Below are positions 22,550 through 34,366 of a stretch of DNA of 64,000 nucleotides, piece by piece. The notes under the pieces were generated by a model, which worked only from the letters and a program-made list of their open reading frames with translations, made no database searches and was not told where the DNA came from. Positions within the stretch are counted from its first letter, which is position 1; every line of letters begins with the position of its first letter. The position numbers and the translations under genes were made by a program. The stretch comes from Leptogorgia sarmentosa (Eukaryota): assembly GCA_964658305.1 (NCBI GenBank), contig OZ210885.1, positions 7,316,001 to 7,380,000 of the forward strand. The letters are read 5' to 3'.

Positions 22550-23559
22550 GCTATTTCCCGTTTCGTAAATCGACAGGGTCACCAGTTACAATTTAGTGTT
22601 TTCAAATATAAAATTTCCGTCAGTGTAATAAATGAACGTTTCCTTGCCGTGGTTTTCAGCGAGCTAGCTCACTTCCGCCCTGTCTTTTAATAAATTTCAA
22701 AACATTTTTTTGCACCCCGTAAAGTAGCTATTTTTACTGTTTAAATTTAGACTATTACAGGGTTAAGGTTAGGTTTAGCGTTCGTTTTTAGTTAATTTTA
22801 TAAAAAAAATTACTGATTACTGAATTAATAATATAAAATTATTACTCGACTGTGATTGGTTCATTTCAGTGCAGTTAATCCTAAATCACAGTGCATGCAT
22901 TTTTTGTTATCACAGTGCAATGTTCTGTAGTCACAGTGCAATGTTCTGTAGTCACAGTGCAATTTTCTGTTATCACATTGCTATATTTTGTAATTACTTT
23001 GAACCAATCAAATTAGAGTTCAAGCTACAGTTTTCGTCAAAACAAAACAAATATGGCGGCCGCGCTAAACAAAGTAAAAATTGCCTTCGAGTCGAAAATA
23101 TAGCTTTTATCTTTTTTTATTACAGAAAAAACTTTATCTTAAATAAGACTAAGAAAAGTTACGTGCTCGGGTGAATTTTTGAAAGCGTTATCGCTGTAAA
23201 ATGTGAAATAAACTAAGCAAGAAAACTCTGCTGGTGAAATTTCGCTTTGAGACGTAAGTCAACACTACAATTGTCTCGAATACTTTTATGCAAACTATTA
23301 ACAAGTAATAGTATGGTTTCTCGTGCAATTTGGAATTAACATACACTCGTGAGTTTTCCAATTCAAGACCTCAAAAAGCACTCGTCCTTCGGACTCGTTC
23401 TATTTTTAGGTCTTTGGAAAACTCACTCGCGCATTTTAATTCCAAATCGCACTCAAAACCATACTATAACCTATACTAAACGCCGGATGTTACATACGTG
23501 AAAAGTGGTGAAACTGGCTTTAACAGATGACCCTGGCTGTTCACGAAACAAAAAACTGC
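22550..23559 (+). mobile_element. Mutator-like MITE family D, interrupted by a hairpin element
   Basis: Imperfect TIRs GCTATTTCCCGTTTCGTAAATCGACAGGGTC / GACCCTGGCTGTTCACGAAACAAAAAACTGC; flanked by GTCGCCGCC and ATCACCGCC; GGGTTAAGGTTAGGTTTAG near 22760. Confidence 0.7.
22843..23476 (+). mobile_element. Hairpin-ended non-autonomous repeat with a 21-bp internal minisatellite
   Basis: Full-length homolog at 56905-57385 and partial at about 44995-45071; TCACAGTGCAATGTTCTGTAG units at about 22886-22990; terminal palindrome at about 23310-23467. Confidence 0.8.
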
Positions 23560-23871
23560 ATCACCGCCTGAAAAATTAATTTGTAACACAGAAGTCCGAC
23601 CTTGATCACACGCGCATAATGTTTCAAGGAAGGCAACACGTGTGAGAAGAACAAAATTGGTCAGTTTGAACAAAGGAAGCCTAGATTCTTCGCCGCTGTA
23701 CACGCAAAACACGAAAACTGTATTTTCGATATATTTCATTTACTCATTCGAAGGGGGAAGGGAGGGGGGGGGCGAGTCTTCAGCATTAAAACTGTGCGGC
23801 GTCAGGGATTTTCTCTCCTGTTTCCTTAGTGTAAGGCCAGCGAAATTTGTCGACCTCTATTAGAAGCATAC

Positions 23872-24354
23872 CAAAATAAAATATTTGACCATCATGTACT
23901 GGAGTTGTCACTAATCCAATGTAGTGGTGCCGTAAGCTGTGACTGTAAGATGCTTCTGCTCGCCAAATTTCAAGAAAACCTTTATTTTTTCCTTCATAAT
24001 AAATAGATAATCCTCCGTGGGAGGTCTGTGTTATAGCACGATAGATACTCTCGTTAGGTTTCTGAGCACAAGCATTCGTGTCCAAACTGACTGAGTCCAC
24101 GAAGAGATAAAACATATCAAGATTATAACCAGAACCATTTCTATTAAAAGCAGCGACGCAGCCCTGCCTTTCCAAGTTCAATATGGCACCATTATCCCGA
24201 AACCGAAACTGAGCTGATGGATGGAGACAATCCGGTTTGTAGTAGGAAAGTCTGAGAAATAGCAAGTAACCCCAACCTCCTCCTGATTGTGTCACATCTG
24301 TGTTCTTTAGACAGTATCCTCTGTATTTTGCTCTCACAAAGAAAGAAGCTGCAC
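23872..24354 (-). CDS. Receptor gene exon 2: Cys-containing extracellular domain, possibly ricin-B/beta-trefoil-like
   Basis: Open 483-nt phase 1-1 exon with tttcag/gtatg boundaries; GYCL, CLHPSAQFRF, GCV; domain identity uncertain. Confidence 0.75.
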
Positions 24355-27300
24355 CTGAAAATCAATAATTTTCTTGACATATAGTCTTCGCTGGCAGTAC
24401 AAAAAATTATGCACGTCATTAGTCTAAAGTTGTTTTTAAAAAGTCGTTTTTTTGTGACCTGTGAACGAATTCTGCAATAGTGCTATTGGATGAAACGCCA
24501 TAACAAAGAGCATTATTGAAAATCACATGCTCAAGGTTATAACGAAAACGAAACTAATCAAATTTTAGATAATAGCTACATGCAATGTCTAAAAAAATGA
24601 AAATACAAACAAACTCGTTCATCCTTATCTTGAAATATGAGAATAGACGAAGCAACAACTTTAACAATTTTTATCGAGTGTAAAGTTCCTGCTTGAGAAA
24701 TCTATAAAGCTTTTCATGACAGTTGTATGAAATAATATTTCAGTGTGCCACTACAAAATCGTGCAGCATGTTAACAAATTGCTTTATTAAAATGTTCCAT
24801 GAAAAAAAATGCGTACAGTATTTTGATGCAAAAGTGAGAGCGGATTAATATATATATTAAACGCCTCTGAGAATTTATTTTCGCGTTTTGTGTAGAAATG
24901 GTATAAATTGCCAAGAATGAACTCAGTTTCTCATTCTTAAGCTAGTGTTGAAAATTTCTCTTTCGTTGTACATTCAGCTTTTGTATGTACGTCTTTGTAA
25001 CGGCGGTCTCTAATCCATGAATATAGCATTACATATAATTATATAGTGTGAATAAAAAGACCCGGATTAGACTATTTTCCTTGCTCTCTGTCTCGTATTT
25101 CTTTATCTGCTTATCCTTCGATAAAAGAAGTGGGTGTGCAAGGAACTTAGATTCCTAATATTTCCTTCGGGAGGTGAGGGTATAATTATTTGGAAATACG
25201 TTTTTTTTTTCATTTCTTGCAGCCCAAACTGGCTAACTATTGAAGTATATCGTAACAACGTGGCGATTGTTCCCCGGCTATTTACTATTCACGATGAAGG
25301 AAAAGATGCAGTCATTAGTTTATCAGCTCTTATTACATTACTACCAAAAGGTGCCCTCATTAACTAAATTCAATTCGCAAGATTGCAAAGTTGGAAAGAT
25401 CGAAGTAGCTACATTAGTTTTGCCATAATGCACAGCAGTTTGAAATCGTTTTGAAAAAATTTGTTATACGCTGGAAATCTTTCAATTACGCCCATTAGAA
25501 AGTGGGGTATTTTTCCTTGTTTTAAATTTTTACGCCATTAAAATTTTTCTTGGTATCTTTTTCAACTTTTTTGGCAGATCTACGCAATTCATTCTGATAA
25601 GATGTACAACCGTCAACTTTTCCGTAATCATACATCATGCAAAGCTGCGAAAACAATGGAGCACATAGGGGCATTGTGGTAAAGCCTGGGTGACGCCTTA
25701 CAAAATCGTAAAATGTCATGCACATTGTTTTGAAAATGGGGAAAAAAGTCGGTTCCATAGGCTGGTCTTGAGTCGTGGTGTGTAGTATAATTATTTTCTT
25801 TATTCTCAAAATGATTTGACCAACAAATGAATGAGGTGGTGTCGTCTTCCACGTGCGGCAGGCGAAAGGCAGTTCATACCAACTCTGATCAACAATCCCA
25901 TACATTCTATGTCAGTGAGCTTACAAACATATCCTTATTCTGCAGTTCAGAAAAATACTGATTCTCTAATGGTGTCGAGCCAATTAAACAAATGGAGGAT
26001 TTGGTCACCTCCATACTACAATCAATTGCAAAAAGAAAAATTTTTTGTGATTGTTCGTTCATACATACACCTCGTCAGATCAAGTTAGGATTCTTCAAAG
26101 GACGTTTCCGGAGTTATTTAAGTGGGTTTTAAATGATGAAAATCGTGCTGCGTGCCAACCATGAAGACAAGATTTGTCATTCGTTATATCATTTAAAACT
26201 TTTCTTTGTCTTTGTTTTGCCGCACCATGTTTTGAAGAACTGCTTTTGGCCATCTGTTTGATTTCTTAGCCTGTAATGCAATTTGGGTCCCCTGATGCGC
26301 CCTCCCCCATATTTACTTTAAAAATGTGTGCCTTGGGGTATATAAGACTGGAAGTGCAGGTAAGAGCTGGAAAGAGACGGAGAAACTTGGAGAAACGTTT
26401 GCATGAGACACAAAACAAGTTCGTTGACACATCGTTCAGGGGTTTTTTTCATATAAATGTTCGGCTTGGCCGTGTTGAATATGCTTTTAAATAACAAACG
26501 CCATTATCTCAAAATATCAACAAGTTTTCCATGAAAGGAGTACGAGCGAAGATTTTTCTCAATAAGCTATGGAGTATATTAGATAGCAAATATAGCAACA
26601 TGGAGATCAATTACATCAGTTGTAGTAGTATGCTGGTATGCCTTTTCCAATGATTTTTATTCAGTTTACCCCTTTCGAGCGGTATTTCATTTGCACAATA
26701 ACTTACGAATGGAAAGGTAGATTTTAAGGGATTAAATGCATATTTTTGTCCATTATTTTCAAACTTTACGGACAAATTTACAGAAATTGAAAATACAAAT
26801 CATTAATAATTTCCATGGCGTTACAAAAACAACAAGAAATGCGTCTTAATTACTCGCGAGATACATGTAAGAAATAGTTGCATATTGTCGGTGTTTATTG
26901 GCAAATTACAAAGGCACAGCTAGTCCTCTCTCACAATATAGATCGAGTAACAATTTAGTTAGCAGACAAAACAAATACTTAGAATTATTGGCTCTTAAGT
27001 GGTTAACATCCTGGAAATATCAAAGCTCTTTGTGGCGGTTGTGAATGACACTCAAGTGTGAGTAGAAGAATTGAATTCAAACCGCAATGCATATCGTACA
27101 CGGTTTATTGATCTGAATTTTCCTCTAGTCTTTAATTAATCATCCAAATCTGTTATAGCTCTAAGGACCAATTCTGCTGCATGGATTTAAAATCCTGGAA
27201 AATGTACTGTACGTTTACTGCATAAGTGCGCGCACTAAACCTGAATTCAAACGATCTGATATCACCTTATGTACAAAATACAGCGCTTTAATGTAGAAAT

Positions 27301-27845
27301 AGTGTATACATTTAGTGTGCAACTACATTATTATTTATTTGCCCATTACATTATTATAGTTTTAACAATATGTAAGTAGAAAATGTGGGTTTCGAACTTA
27401 TATAAACATACACCTAAATTTCTAATTTTCAGTGGTTTGCCCAGTACATGAAGAAACGGTATTTTTTGTTGCTAATTATAACTCATTTTTTCAACATATT
27501 TCAGCTGATTTAGCTAATGGACAAAGACTGATTTTTCATGGGGGAGGAAAAAAGGCTTTTGAGGGAGCTAAGTAATCAAAATTTGAAAAAGTGCAAAGTT
27601 CGTCTGAGAAATAGTTGTATAGTGCAGAAGATATAGTCCTGCGAAGGTGGTAAATTTGTATGCATTGTTGAAGATACATTTTACATACTCAATACCGAAG
27701 TACTTAACTATGCATTTCAATTTGCTATACTTTCTGTATTTTACATAACTTGGCAAACTGACGACAATGTGTAATTTTTTTAATATTCACCACAAGTTGT
27801 CATAAACATGCACAACAATTAAACATGATAATCAAACACGCTTAC

Positions 27846-27903
27846 CTTTTAGCAAGAAAGGAGCAATAACAAGTATCATCAAATTAAAACGGTCGCGAAG
27901 CAT
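27846..27903 (-). CDS. Receptor gene exon 1: signal peptide
   Basis: MLRDRFNLMILVIAPFLLK then G|gtaag; splicing to exon 2 gives ...FLLKGAAS/FF, a plausible cleavage site. Confidence 0.72.
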
Positions 27904-30900
27904 CTTTGCTCACCAACAGACGGAAGACGAAATGATTCAGTGTATCGAAAGGAGAACAGATAAATAATTGGACAAACAGTACCTGGCGTGTAATTGTCAG
28001 CTTTAGACCAATATGGGTGTGTACAAGGATATTACATCATCCTTTGAAAAAGCATTTTGTTTTCAAACGTGCACACGTGGCAACCCAAATTGTCCTCGTT
28101 CAGAAATTTAAAACATATCTAAATTATGAACTACTAAGAATACTCATTAACTAGCTTTCTTGTATATAGAAACTTTTGAATTATTTGGGAAAAGCTATTT
28201 TTCATCATGATTTCGAGTATATTCAATACGCGGAGGTGTTGTTACATGCTGCGTTGTTAAAGCTGCCGACCTCTGAAGAATACCTGTTGGGGTATCTTTA
28301 TAGACTATACAGACTTCATGCCTTCTTCCACTGAACAGTTAAATTGAGTTCATTTAAAATGATAAACCTTGCTAACTATAGTATAGCGCTAGAAATGCCT
28401 CAATTAAAACTAAGAATTGTTCTTCATAACTTCATTATATAATTTTTCGAACGGTGTGATTTAGGTTAGTATTTTTTTATCGGTGACGCTATACTCAGCG
28501 TGAAAGCTTCTTAGATTTAATTAGCGCTCAGCAAGGTTGGTTTATAACAATAGAATATTATTAACTGCCCACTCATGGTATAGCCAGCCATCAACATCCG
28601 ATTTCGTTACAGTCGGAAAATTCTTGTATAACAGGATATTACATAACCCATTAAAAAAACACTGTGTTTTCACACGTGCATAACCGTGATTACGGTATCG
28701 ACAATTATATTGTGTTTTTCGAATTGTATCATTTCTCTAGCTATACGAGTAAAATGTTAATGAACATGGTGATATACAAGCATAGATATTCAGCGCAATC
28801 GAAACCACTCGCATATTCAGTTCATAATAACAACGACAGCTATAAAAACGGGAAATGCTTCATCGGTTTTGCTTCGAGTTTTACTGTCAGTTATTCTTCG
28901 GCTTCTTTTGTGCGTTTTAGTATTTGACAATACATCACTTCAATTGAACTTCGTAAAATGTTAGATAGTAGCTATGTCAGTTTCTGAACCTCATTCGACC
29001 GGAGTGCTTTTTTATTGATCATCCAAGTTCTCTGTTGAAAAAATAATCATACTGAGTCAGTAGTCCGTTCTCGTTTACAATAAAATTTCTCTCGGATCGC
29101 GAGTAACACAGAATGAATAATAAATATTTGTATCATATCATATTGACCCTAATTCGTTAAGGACAAGGAAATATTAAGGCTCATTGACCTTCTAGCAGCC
29201 GGTGATATACGCTCAAGTGTACGTACTATATTGTGTACAACAAATACACTAAAGAAACCACTTAAGACCCTTATTTCCATTTTCCTGTCTACAAAATTTG
29301 ACTACATCGTAGAATAGTTAATAATAAACATTTTTTTAACTTCAAAGAACGATTTCTTCGGTTAAAAACAGCTGAAATTGCAATGTATAGGTTAATATAT
29401 TTCGTGCACTGAACTCTAGATTCGAATGATCAGATAGGACTTGCTTTACAAAATGCATTGCATTAATTATTGTTCAGTGTAGCGAAACAAGTTCCCGTGT
29501 GGCCATATAATTGCAAAAAACCCGAGTAAAATGGCTGTGCGAGTACATTACCACTAAATAAGGCGAGATTATCAGAGGATATTACATAATACCTTAAAAA
29601 ATATGAAATTGTAAATAGTTCTATATAATGTGTTATTTCATTAGAAACGAGGTCTCCAAACGCAAATGCCCTAACTCGCAGGATTCCTAATCTAATTTAA
29701 ACTGAATTACAGAAATACTATTTTCTGTCAACATACTTTACAATTAAACTTCGCAATCTGTACTGCAAGTACTGCAATGTAACGCAAGTTGTCCATTATA
29801 ACCACGAAAACTTGTGAAAGTTATGAAAACTTATTTATATCAGCAAGGAAACGATAATGAGTTGACGTTTGAAAATTAGTTGACGTAATGAAACAAGAAC
29901 GATAAAGATAATTGAACGAACTATGCATCTTTATAGTATTACAGAAGTGGGTGTGTGAGAGATTAGAAGTGTGTAATTTTGGAGCGTGCATATATCTGCC
30001 AGCAAAAATTGCCGCGTTCTCGTTTACAACCTGCCTACGTCGTCTGTTTACACTTATCTAATATTTATGATAGTAAAGGACGTGTCCAATCGTTTGTTCA
30101 CATGCAAGAAACTTCGCAATTATTCAGACAAACGTATCTTTAATTGTTTTGTCCTCTGGTATACGCAAAACAAGGTTGTTATTACATGTAGGGTGGTTAC
30201 GGTGACGATTTCTGAAAACTATAATAATTTTAGAACCAATTGCAATGGGGATATTTACGTATACGAACTGCTTCACTTCTTTCGTTGACGAATGGAATTT
30301 AGCTTCACTTAGGTCAAAAATTCGGAATAAACTACAGTATAGCCTATAATTCTTCCGCACATTTGCAAACTAAGGCTGATGAATTGTCCTTTTTAATTTT
30401 ATATGTTAATCTGTCAAATATAATGCTATTTAGTCTATTGGGGTTTTGTTATTCATGACACTATACACAGGAAAGCAATATTGGTTTATACTGGAATATC
30501 ATTAACTGTTAAATAGTAGTGGGCGATTCAACATCCAATTGATCGGCTCCTCGAGTTTTACACAGTTGCTAAGCATATTGATAAAAGATAAGCTTGTGAA
30601 ATAGGCGGTGCAGTAACAATATCATCATCAACGTGGCCGTGTCACAGGATATTAAATAATATTACGCTTTTTTAAAAGATGATGTAATATTCTTTGGAAT
30701 ACCCTCAATGGTAATTATATATCTGCGTCTCACACCTCATGCAGTGCTTATCAAGTTATTTATGTGACTTGTATCGATACATTGAGGCAATTCGCCTTCC
30801 GTCTGATGGTATTAAGAAGAGGTATTATTAAATGGCCTTTCAAAATTCTCTATTCTGATTGCATGGTTGACAAGCGGTCCGAAAAACCCATATTCCGACA

Positions 30901-31742
30901 GTGGTCCGTGTTTTCCGCATCTGGATCGGTGCCCCGGTTGTCGTTAATTTTTGCTTTTTAATATTGCAATTGAGAATTTACAGATAAAAAATTTAAATTG
31001 TTTTTTTTTGAACATGTATGTCCACCGTATACTGTGAGTGAAACTATTGATAGCCTTTTTAATTCGCGTGAAAAGCATATATGCTCAAAACGCAATTCAG
31101 ACATATGATAAACGGATTATTAACTTTGCCTATTTGGTCTGTACTGTGAAATATCAGACCTATGATTTTTAAATTTACCTCGCACGGTCCATACTAAAAA
31201 ACCTCGGTCTAATATTTCAGAGTACTTGGAAGTCATGCTTGGTATTCAGTTTTTTCAAAGATGCTTTTTTTAACTTTAGAGTGTTCCTAAACACGAACAT
31301 GCATGTAATTTGCTTATACGCTCGAGTTGTCAGCCGTCCACCAAACAAACTCCATATTTCGGGGAAATCAATCCAAAATTATTGTGACAGTGATTTGGAA
31401 AATTTTGTACGTCTATTCGCCAGCTTCCTTCTTGTGCCACGTTCTAGCTTGTTAAACCTGAACTATTTGATATGTGGCCCCTTTTATAAACTCGAGGACA
31501 CATGACTGCCCACGCTATTGCTCCCAGACCCCCTAAACCTGTTTTATCTCCTCTCCCCTTGCGGTGCGGTTTTTGAATTCTTCCAGGCTAATGAGAAACA
31601 TGCATGGATATGAATAACAACATATCCACTAAAAATAAAAACACTTAAAAAATAGTGGATGTTAATAAAATTATTGATTTTATGGTAGGGATACTGCAAT
31701 AATGGGTTTGAAGAGGAAGATTTTCTACATATCAATTGTGTT

Positions 31743-31896
31743 CAGAGGCCGCGGAAGATCGATAATTGTCGGGGCACATATTCATATATTCGTGTTGTGC
31801 ATTACTGATTTCCTTTGAAATCAATTGTTTTCAAGGTCTTTGAACACGAATATATGAATATGTGCCCCCCCAATTATCGATCTTCCGCGGCCTCTG
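31743..31896. mobile_element. hAT-type MITE, nearly palindromic
   Basis: About 50-bp TIR CAGAGGCCGCGGAAGATCGATAATTG; perfect 8-bp TSD ATTGTGTT. Confidence 0.93.
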
Positions 31897-32629
31897 ATTG
31901 TGTTACGGTAATATAATAAATAATTTTAGTGTAGTCATCACCAGACGATTTTACTGGTCAATGGGGAAGCTCTGCGCCTAATGGATTAAGCCGCCTAGAA
32001 AATTTAACTGTATATTTCATTTTACGTTAGTGATTTACATCTTTAATTTGGTTTATAATTCCATTTGGTCATTAATCTTTTATCCCTAATTAAATAAATC
32101 GTTTTAACATCACTGAGGAGCAGTTGCATAAAGTTGCACTGTTGCAGAACAATTAGGACTACTTGAACTTGATGACGACTTCTTCTCTCCTGAATATAGA
32201 GCTGCCCGTTTGCAAATTATCCCATATCCAGAATTTGTGGAGCCAGCTGAGTGCTCAACTGCCTTTGTTTATCTTAAAACAAACTCTCAAATGCCTAATT
32301 CTGAATAACTTTGAAGTTCGTTACCAGTACTACTGCGCGTCTTTTTTATGAATAGGAATTTTTCCATGCATGTTTCAAATTCCAATACTCGCTGAGGTTA
32401 GGCAGACCCACTATAGGATTGACCTTTCAAATTACAAAATGTTTCTTCTCAATTTATAAATATCTGTCTGTGTAGAAACTTGCCTTGTTAATTTCTTGTC
32501 AATTGCCCCTCATGCAAACAATTTCTTGATGCCTAAAACACACAGGGTTGTCTGCTCACCAGGGGGTGAAAATAAGTGAATGTTGATGTTAATGGTAATA
32601 TGTAATCAATCCACATGTTAAGGATTGAA

Positions 32630-32938
32630 AAAAAATCCGCTAGGTATTGGACTTGTCTCCACTTGCGACCTGAGTAATTATCATTCTCTGTAAAGATACC
32701 AGGAGGGCAATTCTGGTCCCTTTCGTACACATGAGTGCACGCAATCGTTGGTCGTTCATTATTTGTTCCCTCGTAATTGCGTTCAGAACTTTCCTTAATG
32801 TACGAATACTCCCAGCCTCCCAGACACCTCCGTGGTGAGATGCTCTGGGTTGGTTGAAAACCCATTTAACATTCCTTTGCGTCAAGAACTGGTTTCATGA
32901 GTCTATCGACTTTCTCAGCTCTCTTTCTCCGCCAACAA
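32630..32938 (-). pseudogene. Degraded BEL/Pao integrase fragment
   Basis: Frameshifted FVGGERELR, KWVFNQPRASHHGGVWE, RKWRQVQYLADFF. Confidence 0.8.
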
Positions 32939-33300
32939 AGGTAGGTAGGTAGGTAAAACTTTATTTCAACACGTTAGCCACTTAAGTGGGACGTGCTTAT
33001 TTACAAAATTACTACTACATACAAACATTCTTTAAAAAATATACAGTTAGCTATATAAGTTAATTATTAGGTATTAGTCAGACTGGCATTGGAAAAGTAA
33101 TTATTAAATATGGTTAGAGATTCACTATTCCTTACGTGTTCAGGTAAGGAATTTCACATTATAGGTCTTCTAAAACTAAAACATTTTTTGCGATATTCAG
33201 TTTCCGGACGCGGAAGATAATGAGCAGTGTCGATCGGACCCTGGTAAATTATAGTGATGAATACTATTAGACATAATTAGAATGTCGCGTAGTTTTGTTG
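32939..33300 (-). mobile_element. 3' end of a CR1/L2-like LINE
   Basis: Degenerate PRPETEYRKKCFSFR...NSLPEHVR; AATAAA followed by a (TACC)n microsatellite tail. Confidence 0.65.
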
Positions 33301-33481
33301 GTGCCATGTTATGCAAAATCTTATACATAAGTCTGGCTATGATTTAGATGGGCCCTTTTTCCTTGAAGGGTTTTCCATCCAAGAATACCACGGGCCAAAA
33401 CTGATGGACCATGCTCGTTTTTGCACTTCATTATTATTCTGGCACATCTGTTATAAAGCTTCTGCAATCGGTTTGAAATTT

Positions 33482-33991
33482 ATGTTATGCAAAGTCTTTA
33501 AAATTTTGGCCTCGAATTGTAAACATGAATTTTTTGGGGAAAAACTCAGTGAGAGGAGATTCTGTTCTCGGTGGTGGTGGCTGAGTGTTTAAAGTGACAG
33601 ATTCAAGGTCCAAGTTTTCCATCTACAAAATCAACGGAAAGAAGTCGCGTTTTTTATTGTGTCAAGATTATGAAACATGCCAAGAATGATTTTCTATTTG
33701 AATGTAGTATTGAAAAAATAGAGGTCCGTGAATTGATTATAGCTGCGTTTGAAAGTATATGTACGTACTTAACCTAGTAGACTACAACAGTGAGTGTAGC
33801 TCAGTGGTAGAGCATTCGACTGCAGATCGACAGGTCGGTGGTTCAAATACGCCCGCTCCTTCTTATCATACCTATAAACTGGAAAACTTTCAAATTCTTT
33901 AAAGCGGCCTGATGTGAAATATGCGACCCAAACGGTTAAGATGCATATACTACGATTCTTGTTAAATCTATCCACTAATACTTGAAAACGA
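33482..33991 (+). repeat. Dispersed duplicate of the tRNA-cluster segment at about 6248-6752
   Basis: Colinear high similarity from GTTATGCAAAGTC to TACTTGAAAACG. Confidence 0.9.
33790..33861 (+). tRNA. trnC-GCA: tRNA-Cys(GCA), degenerate copy
   Basis: Paralog of 6552-6623 with G2>T and a T-stem C>A change. Confidence 0.78.
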
Positions 33992-34366
33992 TTAGTCATA
34001 AACAATGACTATATTTGAATTTTCGTTCGAGTAACAGTTTTTTAGACACACATATAAAGAAGGATTTGGCTGAGTAACCATGGAAACCGTGCAAATGAAG
34101 TTCATATGTTTGGAATCAGCAAGTGATCTTGTATCATATGCAACCTGAACAGTCCAAAGTATCTACAATGAAAAATTTCAATCATGTTGTCCCAGGCCTT
34201 TCTTATCACGTTGTTTGTAGTAGCTTTTTTTTCAATTAACAGATATGAAATGCTGCAAGCAAATAATCCGGTTCTTTCCCCCGAAATTTCCAGTCATTTC
34301 CAAACATTTAGGGGTAAGGCATTCAATGTAACCCATTTTAACATTTTAAATTGCCAATCACATCAT

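Noticed and set aside
21717..23568. Repeat-spacer pattern as a CRISPR-like array
   Set aside because: Repeats are 9-bp TSDs and the intervening segments are TIR elements; no cas genes; eukaryotic context
25522..26200. Short overlapping ORFs
   Set aside because: No recognisable motif or consistent splice structure
28700..30360. Possible decayed GPCR on the minus strand
   Set aside because: Only vague TM1/TM2-like and TM6-like peptides with many stops; not supportable by eye
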